DNA of 47,548 nucleotides from a phage. The stretch lies in NCBI GenBank assembly GCA_012145005.1, contig GCA_012145005.1_3029.1; one strand, written 5' to 3'. The notes under the pieces were generated by a model. That model was not told the DNA's origin. It ran no database searches and saw only the letters and a program-made list of their open reading frames with translations. The position numbers and the translations under genes are program-made. Below, piece after piece: positions 18,540 through 28,090 of this stretch; positions within the stretch are counted from its first letter, which is position 1; every line of letters begins with the position of its first letter.

Positions 18540-19541
18540 ATGACTCGTAACGAATATATCAAATCATTCAATAGTGTTATTGATGATAAAGCTATACCGA
18601 TGTTTGGTCAAAATAGCGTTATTTCTATTATCAATCAATGGCTCAATAGTGTTGATGCAAGTATTGTTTCTTCTACTAAATTTATTCATGAAATTCGTAA
18701 AATTTCTAGCCGTGTAGATAAAGATGTTATCAAAAAAACTTTTAAAGGGTCTCATCTTCTTTCATACTTAGTCAACAGAGATATTCTTAGTAAATTTGGG
18801 AAAGAAATTAAACGAACTAAAGATGTAGTAGGATATAATTGGTTCGGTGATGTTAATTCTTATCATCTTAATAATAAAGAAGACCCTGAGAATATTTTTA
18901 CTCGTCGTTGGATTAGTAATTTCAGACTTTTCAAAGGACAGATTCTAAAATCAGCTTCTAAATTATGTTATGGCGATTATCGTCAAATTCATCCTTTGGC
19001 TTCTGATATGATTATCATAAAAGAATATGAACTTGATAAAAATAAAGTATCTATTTTTGTGAATTATGGATTTTTTACACCAGAAACTAACCAAAAGAAC
19101 ATTAATAAATTTTTCTCAATTGCTAGCACTATAACTCGTCAATTAGAAACCGCATTACTTTGTATGGAAACAGTAGAAAATATTCATACGTATCCTTTTA
19201 AGAATATATGCGGTTGGGAAGGATATAAAATTGTAGTTAGTCTTCGTGAAGTGAAATGTGCTTATTCACTAACTGATAAAGAAATTTACCAACAAAAACG
19301 TGAAGAAATTGTGAATACTCCTAAAGAAGAAACTACACTTGAGGAACTAATGGATAATCTTGACGATTCGCCTGAACCAGTAGAAATTCGTCCAGAAGTT
19401 ATTGCACTAGAAAAAGCTTATAAAGAAGCTCTAGAAATTTCTAATAAAGCACAGAAAGAATATGAGCAGGCTAAAAGGATTTGGGAAGAATCTGTTAATC
19501 GTCTGGATCGTCTTGAACAAGCTTTACAATTAATTAAGTAA
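18540..19541 (+). CDS. coiled-coil-tailed protein, tandem paralog family member 3
   Basis: track ORF 18489 trimmed to ATG 18540 (extension overlaps promoter); C-terminal coiled coil. Confidence 0.5.
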   Translation: MTRNEYIKSFNSVIDDKAIPMFGQNSVISIINQWLNSVDASIVSSTKFIHEIRKISSRVDKDVIKKTFKGSHLLSYLVNRDILSKFGKEIKRTKDVVGYNWFGDVNSYHLNNKEDPENIFTRRWISNFRLFKGQILKSASKLCYGDYRQIHPLASDMIIIKEYELDKNKVSIFVNYGFFTPETNQKNINKFFSIASTITRQLETALLCMETVENIHTYPFKNICGWEGYKIVVSLREVKCAYSLTDKEIYQQKREEIVNTPKEETTLEELMDNLDDSPEPVEIRPEVIALEKAYKEALEISNKAQKEYEQAKRIWEESVNRLDRLEQALQLIK

Positions 19542-19593
19542 TTTAAAGCCAAGGATGGCTCGGAGTATAAATCATTAACTAAGTGAGAAGAAC

Positions 19594-20523
19594 ATGAAAA
19601 CTCGTAAACATTATATTGATTATTTTGACAGTCTTATTACTAAACATCGTAATTATCAGATCGGGCACAGAGCAGTAATCAATAATATTCTTCGTGATTT
19701 CCTTCAATATGTTGGCCAGGAAAATCATATCTGTAAAGATACTCAAAACGCTTATTCTCATTCGTTAGGCAATTTGCTTCAATGGTTTAAACGTTCTCGT
19801 CTGTTATCTTCTACTGTAGCTAGTGATAACATTAAAAACTTTATGAAGCCGAGCTTTATTAAATCTGAGACATCTATAACCGATTTGGTTGAATTTACTA
19901 TTGTTAACGATGTTAAAAAGACTCATTTGGCTGATTGGTTTTCTACCATTCCTGAAACTAAATTTGCTGATAAATTCGCCTGTCAATTCAATGACCAAGT
20001 GAATATGCTTTTTAAGCATGCTCGCAAACTGTTTACCGCGGGTGATGACCGTACAAATACAGTTCATGTTAAGGACTGGGTTATTGCTGATGAAGTAACA
20101 CACAAGCCAGGTGGTTCATCAGTATTAATTAATATCCAGGTTCCTTATTATTACTCACGTAATCTCGGCACCATGACAGCTAGAGAAATTAATAAGCACA
20201 ACAAAACTATTCGTTCGTTGTCTTATAAACTCCGCATGATGTTAAAAATTATGGACGTAGTGGAAATGTATGACGAAACCGAAGATAATGGTTCAATGTT
20301 ATACAGTTCACGCATTCTAATTAAACTGAAGAACCCTAATACATATAAGACAGTTGTAAAAGAGCCTAAAGTAGAAAAGGTTGATAATCTGAGTGAAGAA
20401 CGTGAATATCTCAATGCCCGTTTGATTGAAGTTGAAGCCCAAATTACAGAACACACCAAATTGTTAAAAGCTCTTAATGCAAAAGCAAATGGTTTACGTA
20501 ATGCTATTGAGGTATTGAAATGA
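19594..20523 (+). CDS. coiled-coil-tailed protein, tandem paralog family member 4
   Basis: N-term MKTRKHYIDYF parallels member 2; C-terminal coiled coil. Confidence 0.5.
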   Translation: MKTRKHYIDYFDSLITKHRNYQIGHRAVINNILRDFLQYVGQENHICKDTQNAYSHSLGNLLQWFKRSRLLSSTVASDNIKNFMKPSFIKSETSITDLVEFTIVNDVKKTHLADWFSTIPETKFADKFACQFNDQVNMLFKHARKLFTAGDDRTNTVHVKDWVIADEVTHKPGGSSVLINIQVPYYYSRNLGTMTAREINKHNKTIRSLSYKLRMMLKIMDVVEMYDETEDNGSMLYSSRILIKLKNPNTYKTVVKEPKVEKVDNLSEEREYLNARLIEVEAQITEHTKLLKALNAKANGLRNAIEVLK

Positions 20524-20909
20524 AAAAGCGTTTATTAGAAGACATTGCAGCTTCAAGTAATTCCAGTTTAATTAAAATTATTATGGCTGGTGAGGAAGAT
20601 GATATGGAAATGCGTGGAAAGATTCACGGCTGCGACGATTTAGATTTTAAACCTCCAGCATGGGATGCTATTATGGCTATGGTTGAACGACGTGAAAGAG
20701 CTTCTAAAAACGTTCCTAATTGCCCTGAATGCGGTACTGAACAAGTTCAGTTGATTAACTGGCGTAAACCAGAGCTTGAATATAAATGCCGTCAATGTAA
20801 ACATAAATTCAGTAAGCATGCTCCGGAAATGGTTAAATTGCCTGACTCTACTGAGTTCTTTAAAGAACTTGTGAGTGTTCAACCAATGCCTAATAATATT
20901 TTGGATTAA
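20520..20909 (+). CDS. zinc-ribbon protein
   Basis: CPECG ... CRQC four-cysteine zinc ribbon. Confidence 0.45.
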   Translation: MKKRLLEDIAASSNSSLIKIIMAGEEDDMEMRGKIHGCDDLDFKPPAWDAIMAMVERRERASKNVPNCPECGTEQVQLINWRKPELEYKCRQCKHKFSKHAPEMVKLPDSTEFFKELVSVQPMPNNILD

Positions 20910-20911
20910 AA

Positions 20912-21154
20912 ATGACCAAGCGTAAAGAATATATGGAAGCTGCTGAAAAGGCAGTCCGTGAATTAGCAATAGCTTATTATAATGAACATGGTAAATTTCC
21001 TGATAGATACAGCGTGCTTAAATCTGCTTTAACTCGTTCATATAAAAATATGCTATCAGAAGTAAGTGATATTATATACAAACATAAAGAACAAACGGGC
21101 CAAAGTCTTGATTACGACGAGACTTTTAAACAAGTACTAGGAATTAAGGAATAA
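20912..21154 (+). CDS. hypothetical protein
   Basis: ORF track. Confidence 0.4.
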   Translation: MTKRKEYMEAAEKAVRELAIAYYNEHGKFPDRYSVLKSALTRSYKNMLSEVSDIIYKHKEQTGQSLDYDETFKQVLGIKE

Positions 21155-21155
21155 T

Positions 21156-21419
21156 ATGTTTAAAGTATATGGTTATGATAGCAACATTCATAAATGTGTG
21201 TATTGCGATAATGCAAAACGTCTTTTGACCGTGAAGAAACAGCCGTTTGAATTTATCAACATTATGCCGGAAAAAGGTGTTTTTGATGATGAGAAAATTG
21301 CTGAGCTTCTGACTAAACTAGGTCGTGATACTCAAATCGGCTTGACGATGCCTCAAGTATTTGCTCCTGATGGAAGTCATATTGGTGGATTTGACCAACT
21401 GCGAGAATATTTTAAATGA
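21156..21419 (+). CDS. nrdC: thioredoxin/glutaredoxin NrdC
   Basis: 87 aa; CVYC active site; MFKVYGYDSNIHKCVYCDNAKRLL matches T4 NrdC. Confidence 0.9.
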   Translation: MFKVYGYDSNIHKCVYCDNAKRLLTVKKQPFEFINIMPEKGVFDDEKIAELLTKLGRDTQIGLTMPQVFAPDGSHIGGFDQLREYFK

Positions 21420-21631
21420 TGCTCGAAGGAACTGACTATATTCATGATTACCGCGGAAGCGCGGTATATGTAGGTGATGAAGTTGCAGTTTATTATGGGT
21501 ATGGAACTTTGATGACAGCCAAGGTTATTCAAATTAAAAATAATCGTGCTAAACTCGAAGTTTATTATTCTAATGGTGAAAAGTCTATTTCTAAGTGGAA
21601 ATACGGCGATTGTATGGTTAAATTGGGGTAA
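21416..21631 (+). CDS. hypothetical protein
   Basis: ORF track; ATGA coupling to nrdC. Confidence 0.4.
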   Translation: MMLEGTDYIHDYRGSAVYVGDEVAVYYGYGTLMTAKVIQIKNNRAKLEVYYSNGEKSISKWKYGDCMVKLG

Positions 21632-21633
21632 AT

Positions 21634-21804
21634 ATGATTTACGATATTAATGTATCACGAGCTCCGTCAATGGTTACTATTCCAGCCGAAGAACTAGATC
21701 GTCTTCAGAAAATTGAAGAACTTCTTTGGGAAATTGAATGTGACCTGCCATCAGGACTAGAATCCTGGATTGATGATGAAGAACTTAATAAATTGCGAAA
21801 TTAA
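21634..21804 (+). CDS. small hypothetical acidic protein (56 aa)
   Basis: below track cutoff; fills intergenic gap. Confidence 0.3.
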   Translation: MIYDINVSRAPSMVTIPAEELDRLQKIEELLWEIECDLPSGLESWIDDEELNKLRN

Positions 21805-21814
21805 GTGGTGACAA

Positions 21815-22135
21815 ATGACTATTGAAAATAAATTAGATGTTGATGCAGTTCTGAGCGAAATCATCGAAGACCATGATGCATTTTCGGAAAACTATGATTT
21901 CGATTTTTCCGATTATCTTAAACCTATCGAAATAGAAGACTGGGTGCAAGACGGTAAATGCCAATATCGCCAGTGTGTTTATTTTAGTCCAAAACATAAT
22001 GTGCATGTTTCCGTAAATGAATGCCGTTCAGGTTCTTATCATTCTGACTGGTATTATGCAGTTCCGACTGTTGAACTAGTCGAGCCCCATGAACGTGTAG
22101 TAACTCAGACAGTACGAGAATGGATTACGCTATAA
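21815..22135 (+). CDS. hypothetical protein
   Basis: ORF track. Confidence 0.4.
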   Translation: MTIENKLDVDAVLSEIIEDHDAFSENYDFDFSDYLKPIEIEDWVQDGKCQYRQCVYFSPKHNVHVSVNECRSGSYHSDWYYAVPTVELVEPHERVVTQTVREWITL

Positions 22136-22258
22136 AACCCTGGTGGGCGGCTAGATGGGAAACTGTAGAGCCAGAACCGGAAGAACCGGTTTACACTGAT
22201 GAAGAAACAATATATAATGAACCAACGATAAATGACTTAATTGATATGGAGATGGGAC

Positions 22259-22744
22259 ATGATTACAGTAGATAAGTGGTTTAGAATTAATCGTGCTGAT
22301 AAAGGGCTGTGTAATTACTGGCCGGAACTTAGTGCAGGCACTGTCTTTAAAGTTCGTGAACTTGCAAAAGAATGTGAAGATGATATAGAGCCTGATACTG
22401 GAATTATTGAAATTGAACTTTCTGACGGAAAGATTATTAACATCTACGATAAGCCAATTACGTATTGGTGCTTGTGGAATACTGAATCAGTAGAAAATGG
22501 CGAAATTGAAGAAGTTGTAGATAGAACTAATCAAGTTGTTCAGAAGCCTAAAGCTGATTTTCAAGGTGAACGTATTTCATACGCATTAGCTAAATTAGCT
22601 GCACAAGAAAATAACGATGGCTATGAAGGAAATTTGATGCAAGCTGCGGCAGAATATATTGAATGGCTTGAAACCCAAATTTCTTTTTCTGACCAAAAGA
22701 TTCGGCAATATAAGCGATTGAATCAAATGTTTTACAATACCTGA
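22259..22744 (+). CDS. pin: probable Pin (protease inhibitor) homolog
   Basis: 161 aa from ATG 22259, equal to T4 Pin length; immediately upstream of gene 49; assignment by position and size. Confidence 0.5.
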   Translation: MITVDKWFRINRADKGLCNYWPELSAGTVFKVRELAKECEDDIEPDTGIIEIELSDGKIINIYDKPITYWCLWNTESVENGEIEEVVDRTNQVVQKPKADFQGERISYALAKLAAQENNDGYEGNLMQAAAEYIEWLETQISFSDQKIRQYKRLNQMFYNT

Positions 22745-22755
22745 AAATAATAAAT

Positions 22756-22786
22756 ACCCTTATCTATTTAAGGTAAGGGTTTTATT
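22756..22786 (+). terminator. 10-bp stem-loop plus T-tract directly before gene 49 start
   Basis: ACCCTTATCT/AGGTAAGGGT stem, 5-nt loop, TTTATT; stem contains the SD region of gene 49. Confidence 0.55.
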
Positions 22787-23260
22787 ATGTTATTGACTGG
22801 CAAATTATATAAAGAAGAAAAACAGAAATTTTATGATGCACAAAACGGTAAATGCTTAATTTGCCAACGAGAACTAAATCCTGACGTTCAAGCTAATCAC
22901 CTCGACCATGACCATGAATTAAATGGACCAAAAGCAGGAAAAGTACGTGGATTGCTTTGTAATCTCTGCAATGCCGCAGAAGGTCAAATGAAGCACAAAT
23001 TTAATCGTTCTGGCTTAAAGGGTCAAGGTGTTGATTATCTTGAATGGTTAGAAAATTTACTTACTTATTTAAAATCCGATTACACCCAAAATAATATTCA
23101 CCCTAACTTTGTTGGAGATAAATCAAAGGAATTTTCTCGTTTAGGAAAAGAGGAAATGATGGCTGAGATGCTTCAAAGAGGATTTGAATATAATGAATCT
23201 GACACTAAAACACAATTAATAGCTTCATTTAAGAAGCAGCTTAGAAAGAGTTTAAAATGA
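22787..23260 (+). CDS. 49: endonuclease VII (Holliday junction resolvase)
   Basis: 157 aa; MLLTGKLYKEEKQKFYDAQNGKCLICQRELN matches T4 gp49. Confidence 0.92.
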   Translation: MLLTGKLYKEEKQKFYDAQNGKCLICQRELNPDVQANHLDHDHELNGPKAGKVRGLLCNLCNAAEGQMKHKFNRSGLKGQGVDYLEWLENLLTYLKSDYTQNNIHPNFVGDKSKEFSRLGKEEMMAEMLQRGFEYNESDTKTQLIASFKKQLRKSLK

Positions 23261-25074
23261 CAATTGAAAAAGAAATTGAAGGATTGATTCATAAAACTAA
23301 TAAAGACCTTTTAAACGAGAATGCTAATAAAGATTCTCGTGTTTTTCCAACTCAACGGGACCTTATGGCTGGTATTGTGTCTAAACACATTGCCAAAAAT
23401 ATGGTCCCGTCTTTTATTATGAAAGCGCATGAAAGCGGAATTATCCATTTCCATGATATTGATTATTCCCCTGCTCTTCCATTTACTAATTGCTGTTTAG
23501 TAGATTTAAAAGGAATGCTTGAGAACGGATTTAAGCTTGGTAATGCACAGATTGAAACTCCTAAATCAATTGGAGTTGCTACTGCAATTATGGCACAAAT
23601 TACTGCACAGGTTGCTTCCCATCAATATGGCGGAACGACTTTTGCGAATGTAGATAAAGTACTTTCTCCTTATGTTAAACGCACCTATGCAAAACATATT
23701 GAGGATGCAGAAAAATGGCAAATCGCTGATGCGTTGAATTATGCTCAATCTAAAACAGAAAAAGATGTATACGATGCATTCCAAGCTTATGAATATGAAG
23801 TAAATACTCTCTTTAGTTCAAACGGACAAACGCCTTTTGTAACAATTACATTTGGTACGGGAACTGACTGGACTGAACGAATGATTCAGAAAGCAATTCT
23901 GAAAAATCGTATTAAAGGTCTTGGTCGTGATGGGATAACTCCTATTTTCCCTAAGCTTGTTATGTTCGTTGAAGAAGGTGTTAATCTTTATAAAGACGAT
24001 CCGAACTATGATATTAAACAGCTTGCTCTAGAGTGTGCAAGCAAAAGGATGTATCCTGATATTATTTCAGCTAAGAACAATAAAGCTATCACTGGTTCAT
24101 CTGTTCCTGTTTCTCCAATGGGTTGCCGTAGTTTCTTGAGCGTATGGAAAGATTCGACTGGTAATGAAATTCTTGATGGACGTAATAATCTTGGTGTTGT
24201 AACACTGAATCTTCCTCGCATCGCGTTAGATTCTTATATTGGAACACAGTTCAATGAACAGAAATTTGTTGAATTATTCAATGAACGAATGGATCTGTGT
24301 TTTGAAGCTTTGATGTGTAGAATTAGTTCCTTAAAAGGAGTTAAAGCGACTGTTGCTCCTATTCTTTACCAAGAAGGTGCATTCGGGGTTCGTCTTAAAC
24401 CTGATGACGACATAATTGAGTTATTTAAAAACGGTAGAAGTTCAGTGTCTTTAGGATACATTGGTATTCATGAATTGAATATTCTTGTCGGTCGTGACAT
24501 TGGACAAGAAATTTTAACTAAAATGAATGCTCGTCTTAAACAGTGGGCTGAAAGAACTGGGTTTGCTTTTAGTTTGTATTCGACTCCTGCTGAAAACCTT
24601 TGTTATCGCTTCTGTAAACTTGATACAGAAAAATATGGAAGTGTAAAAGATGTTACCGATAAAGGATGGTACACTAACAGTTTCCATGTTTCAGTAGAAG
24701 AAAATATTACTCCGTTTGAAAAGATTTCTCGTGAAGCGCCATATCATTTCATTGCGACAGGTGGTCACATTTCTTATGTTGAACTTCCTGATATGAAAAA
24801 TAACTTAAAAGGTCTTGAGGCCGTGTGGGATTATGCTGCACAACATTTAGATTATTTTGGTGTTAATATGCCAGTAGATAAATGTTTTACGTGTGGAAGT
24901 ACTCATGAAATGACTCCTACTGAAAACGGATTTGTTTGTTCTATTTGTGGAGAAACTGATCCTAAAAAGATGAATACCATAAGAAGAACATGTGGTTATT
25001 TGGGAAATCCGAACGAGCGCGGATTTAATCTCGGTAAAAATAAAGAAATCATGCATAGGGTTAAACACCAATGA
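23257..25074 (+). CDS. nrdD: anaerobic ribonucleoside-triphosphate reductase
   Basis: 605 aa continuous ORF; C-terminal RRTCGYLGNP glycyl-radical motif; no intron interruption. Confidence 0.93.
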   Translation: MTIEKEIEGLIHKTNKDLLNENANKDSRVFPTQRDLMAGIVSKHIAKNMVPSFIMKAHESGIIHFHDIDYSPALPFTNCCLVDLKGMLENGFKLGNAQIETPKSIGVATAIMAQITAQVASHQYGGTTFANVDKVLSPYVKRTYAKHIEDAEKWQIADALNYAQSKTEKDVYDAFQAYEYEVNTLFSSNGQTPFVTITFGTGTDWTERMIQKAILKNRIKGLGRDGITPIFPKLVMFVEEGVNLYKDDPNYDIKQLALECASKRMYPDIISAKNNKAITGSSVPVSPMGCRSFLSVWKDSTGNEILDGRNNLGVVTLNLPRIALDSYIGTQFNEQKFVELFNERMDLCFEALMCRISSLKGVKATVAPILYQEGAFGVRLKPDDDIIELFKNGRSSVSLGYIGIHELNILVGRDIGQEILTKMNARLKQWAERTGFAFSLYSTPAENLCYRFCKLDTEKYGSVKDVTDKGWYTNSFHVSVEENITPFEKISREAPYHFIATGGHISYVELPDMKNNLKGLEAVWDYAAQHLDYFGVNMPVDKCFTCGSTHEMTPTENGFVCSICGETDPKKMNTIRRTCGYLGNPNERGFNLGKNKEIMHRVKHQ

Positions 25075-25541
25075 ATTATGATAGATTTTATCCTTGCGAT
25101 TTTGTGAATGGCCCTGGTTGCAGGGTCGTTCTTTTCGTTACAGGTTGTTTGCATAAATGCGAAGGGTGTTATAATAAATCAACATGGAATGCTAGAAATG
25201 GTATTCCATTCACTGGAGAGACACTAGAGCAATTAATTGAATGTTTGAATAATGATTATATAGAAGGATTGACTATAACCGGAGGTGACCCTCTCTATCC
25301 TGATAACCGAGATGTTATTCATTGCATTGTTCAAACGGTAAAAAATCTTTATCCCAGTAAAAGCATTTGGTTGTGGACAGGATATAAGTTTGAAGATATT
25401 AAACAACTAGAAATGCTTAAATATGTTGATGTTATTATTGATGGGAAGTATGAGAAAAATCTTCCGACTAAAAAGCTGTGGCGAGGATCAGATAATCAGC
25501 GACTTTGGTCAAATACCGATGGGGTGTGGACACATGATTAA
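25071..25541 (+). CDS. nrdG: anaerobic RNR activating enzyme (radical SAM)
   Basis: 156 aa; CLHKCEGC radical-SAM cysteine cluster. Confidence 0.9.
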   Translation: MNYDRFYPCDFVNGPGCRVVLFVTGCLHKCEGCYNKSTWNARNGIPFTGETLEQLIECLNNDYIEGLTITGGDPLYPDNRDVIHCIVQTVKNLYPSKSIWLWTGYKFEDIKQLEMLKYVDVIIDGKYEKNLPTKKLWRGSDNQRLWSNTDGVWTHD

Positions 25542-25656
25542 ATTGAATTACATTATGGATACTATAAATGATATGATTTTTCATTTTGGTCCAGAATTTT
25601 ATTCGCAATATAGTTTAGTGCTTATCAATGCTTGGTTAATCAATTAAGGGTAAAAT

Positions 25657-25869
25657 ATGTATAAATTTCGTAAAGGTTTAGCTGATTTTCTTACAACTGT
25701 AACGTTCTTTTTGTTTATGGCAGTTGGAGCTATTTTCCTTATTCCTTTTATTGTTGTATTTTTCGTTATTAGTTTAATTTCTCCAGAAAAGGGCTTATCT
25801 TCTAGTGAGTTCAATAAGCGTCTGGATAAAATTACTAACAAGCTGAATGCTGCTCTTAGTAAGGAATAG
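25657..25869 (+). CDS. small membrane protein
   Basis: single long hydrophobic helix. Confidence 0.4.
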   Translation: MYKFRKGLADFLTTVTFFLFMAVGAIFLIPFIVVFFVISLISPEKGLSSSEFNKRLDKITNKLNAALSKE

Positions 25870-25871
25870 TT

Positions 25872-26180
25872 GTGAAACAAAATAAGATTGAAGTCTATGG
25901 AATTCCAGATGAAGTAGGTCGTTGTCCTGGATGTCAATCAGTTACAAAACTTCTAAAGGAGCTTAATGCTCCTTTTACTTTCTATAAAGTTCTTACAAAT
26001 AATGGTAAGATTGAGTATGATCGTCCGCTGATTGTATCTCTTGCTAAACGCGCTGGATTCACATCTCTTAACATTCGTTATCCGGTCATTTTCATTAATG
26101 ATTCTAGACAAAAGAACATTAAACACTTCAAAGAAACTCTCATTTCACTTGGATATGATAAAGATATCATAGAAGACTAA
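25872..26180 (+). CDS. thioredoxin-fold protein (NrdH/glutaredoxin-like)
   Basis: GTG start after AAGGA; CPGC redox motif. Confidence 0.5.
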   Translation: MKQNKIEVYGIPDEVGRCPGCQSVTKLLKELNAPFTFYKVLTNNGKIEYDRPLIVSLAKRAGFTSLNIRYPVIFINDSRQKNIKHFKETLISLGYDKDIIED

Positions 26181-26183
26181 GAC

Positions 26184-26203
26184 GGGCCCTCTGGGCCTTT
26201 CTT
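26184..26203 (+). terminator. GC-rich stem-loop with T-rich tail
   Basis: GGCCC-TCT-GGGCC then TTTCTTTCT. Confidence 0.5.
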
Positions 26204-26278
26204 TCTCACATTCTGTATATTACCATTCTAAGCTATCGTTCCCTTCTTATCATTCCCTAAAATAATTTTCACAAAGTT

Positions 26279-26308
26279 GTTTACAACAAGTTCAAACCGT
26301 GGTATTAT
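26279..26308 (+). promoter_or_regulatory. T4-type early promoter
   Basis: GTTTAC, 17 bp, TATTAT. Confidence 0.6.
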
Positions 26309-26338
26309 TAACATATGAATTGCCTTTGAGGATTTGAT

Positions 26339-26521
26339 ATGGTTGTGGTTGATAAAGAAATTAAAAAGGGACAATATTATTTTATTAATGGTAATGTTGT
26401 TCGTGTTACTTACGTAAATGGTTATGATGTTTATTATCTTATACTTAAGTTACATAAACACATGATTTGTGATCGTGCTGTATTTAGTTCAGTTGCTAAG
26501 GAAATTAAACTCCATGGGTAA
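26339..26521 (+). CDS. small hypothetical protein
   Basis: ORF track. Confidence 0.4.
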   Translation: MVVVDKEIKKGQYYFINGNVVRVTYVNGYDVYYLILKLHKHMICDRAVFSSVAKEIKLHG

Positions 26522-26807
26522 AACGTATCGTCGTAAAGACTTGAAAGTTCGTGATTATGACTATTTCGGAAAGCGTAAAGCTCCTGATGGGATAAGTCAT
26601 AAAGATATGGTTGAAAACATTTTTCGTTCAGATAAATGGCGACGTATGCGAGGTGTTGATTCAGAGGTTAAGAATGAATTGAATCGTCAACTGCGTGGTG
26701 AAGTAAGAAAGTTGAAAAAATCAGTTTACATTGACGATGATTTTGATTATAATACATCTCAACGAGTTGCTAAGCGCAAATCAAACGAATGTTATCGTTA
26801 CAGCTGA
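26514..26807 (+). CDS. hypothetical basic protein
   Basis: track ORF trimmed to ATG 26514. Confidence 0.4.
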   Translation: MGKTYRRKDLKVRDYDYFGKRKAPDGISHKDMVENIFRSDKWRRMRGVDSEVKNELNRQLRGEVRKLKKSVYIDDDFDYNTSQRVAKRKSNECYRYS

Positions 26808-26814
26808 GGAAAAT

Positions 26815-26946
26815 ATGAATATCAAACGAATGCTTTTTAAGCAGGGGTTATACACTTTAAATGTTGCTCCAAAAGGCGATACGACCAAGTGGTCAGTAAA
26901 TGACTGGATTAAATTTATTGATGAAAATGGTAATTGGAAAATTTAA
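26815..26946 (+). CDS. small hypothetical protein (43 aa)
   Basis: GAGGAAAA RBS then ATG 26815. Confidence 0.35.
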   Translation: MNIKRMLFKQGLYTLNVAPKGDTTKWSVNDWIKFIDENGNWKI

Positions 26947-27147
26947 ATGAATCCTGAATCTAAATTATCGCAACGAATTGCTGAAGCTCGTCGCCAGTTC
27001 TTTGAAAATATGATAGCCCAGGGTATTGATGACGAAGTTTTTCTGAACTGGTTTTGGAATCACAAATATTCAAAATGCGCAGGAGCAATATTAATATCAG
27101 CCGCAATGATGTACGAAGGCTGGAAGGGTGCCAAACAGTTTAGCTAA
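26947..27147 (+). CDS. small hypothetical protein
   Basis: ORF track. Confidence 0.4.
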   Translation: MNPESKLSQRIAEARRQFFENMIAQGIDDEVFLNWFWNHKYSKCAGAILISAAMMYEGWKGAKQFS

Positions 27148-27164
27148 GGGCTTCGGCCCTTTTT
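27147..27164 (+). terminator. UUCG-tetraloop stem-loop with T-tract
   Basis: AGGGC-TTCG-GCCCT then TTTT. Confidence 0.65.
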
Positions 27165-27199
27165 GGATAATAAAATTTTAACGCAATTGAGGATAATGT

Positions 27200-27526
27200 A
27201 TGACTATTCAAATTAAAAACGCCATCAATTCTTATGCATATGATAAAGTAGTTTCTTTGCTAGAAAAAGGCGATATTGTAACTCCTCAAAGTTTGGATAA
27301 ATGGGAAAAAGAGCTTCATCAGACGATGAAACAGAATGATCAGAAGATTGGACGCAACACTATCCGCGAATTGTTGGTTCAATATATCTTGTCAGAATTT
27401 GATGTTAAAGCTTTTGGCGTAGAATCTAAAGCTTATCAAAAACATGAAATTTCCGATAAAACTATTCGTCGTATGAAAAATCAACGCAAGAAAAAATTTG
27501 CTGACCTGAAAATTACTAAGGTATAA
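27200..27526 (+). CDS. hypothetical protein
   Basis: ORF track. Confidence 0.4.
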   Translation: MTIQIKNAINSYAYDKVVSLLEKGDIVTPQSLDKWEKELHQTMKQNDQKIGRNTIRELLVQYILSEFDVKAFGVESKAYQKHEISDKTIRRMKNQRKKKFADLKITKV

Positions 27527-27528
27527 TT

Positions 27529-27744
27529 ATGAACGAAGCTCTTATTAACGATTTACGTCTTGCCGGATATGAAGTAAATACAAATGGCATTGGTTTAACT
27601 CAAATTGAAGGAAATGGATTCATCCTTGAGTATGAATTTAGCCAATGGTGGTTATATGCCAATTATGGCGAATTGATTGAATATGTTGACCAATTTGATT
27701 CACTAGATGCAGCTCTTGAAGCGGCTAAGTTGATGAATGTATGA
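27529..27744 (+). CDS. small hypothetical acidic protein
   Basis: ORF track. Confidence 0.4.
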   Translation: MNEALINDLRLAGYEVNTNGIGLTQIEGNGFILEYEFSQWWLYANYGELIEYVDQFDSLDAALEAAKLMNV

Positions 27745-28010
27745 AATTTATTAATATTTCTATTACTATTGAAAATTATGGCATTTTCTATGTTGACCAA
27801 TACATGAAAATTTCATTTTTCCCAAATAAGACTGGTGTTGGATATTGGGAAAGCCATGTTTCTGAATTAAATGAAAGTGAATATGTTAGTACACATGAAA
27901 AGTTTTTAGACTTTTTATATCATGCTGATCTAACTAGTCATTATATAGATATTCATGAATTTAAAAAGATGATGGAAAAAGTATTCCAAGCATACTGTTT
28001 ACTTAGATAA
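27741..28010 (+). CDS. hypothetical protein
   Basis: ORF track. Confidence 0.4.
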   Translation: MKFINISITIENYGIFYVDQYMKISFFPNKTGVGYWESHVSELNESEYVSTHEKFLDFLYHADLTSHYIDIHEFKKMMEKVFQAYCLLR

Positions 28011-28090
28011 CTGATTCATCCTCTGTGCTTTAAGATAGATCTTCAAATATTATGATATAATAGATCTATGAATTGAGCTAAGAGGTGAAA

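Noticed and set aside
20520-20909. Zinc-ribbon protein as an IS-element transposase fragment
   Set aside because: No flanking inverted repeats or partner transposase ORF; the ribbon alone is insufficient
22120-22275. 51-codon ORF overlapping the end of 21815-22135 and the start of pin
   Set aside because: No RBS, overlaps two better-supported genes, composition atypical
28026-28069. TGCTTTA MotA-box-like motif and ATAGATCT/AGATCTAT inverted repeat upstream of gene 55
   Set aside because: Spacing to any -10-like hexamer is outside the 12 plus or minus 1 bp expected for middle promoters, and the dyad is built from the self-palindromic AGATCT; kept only as a note
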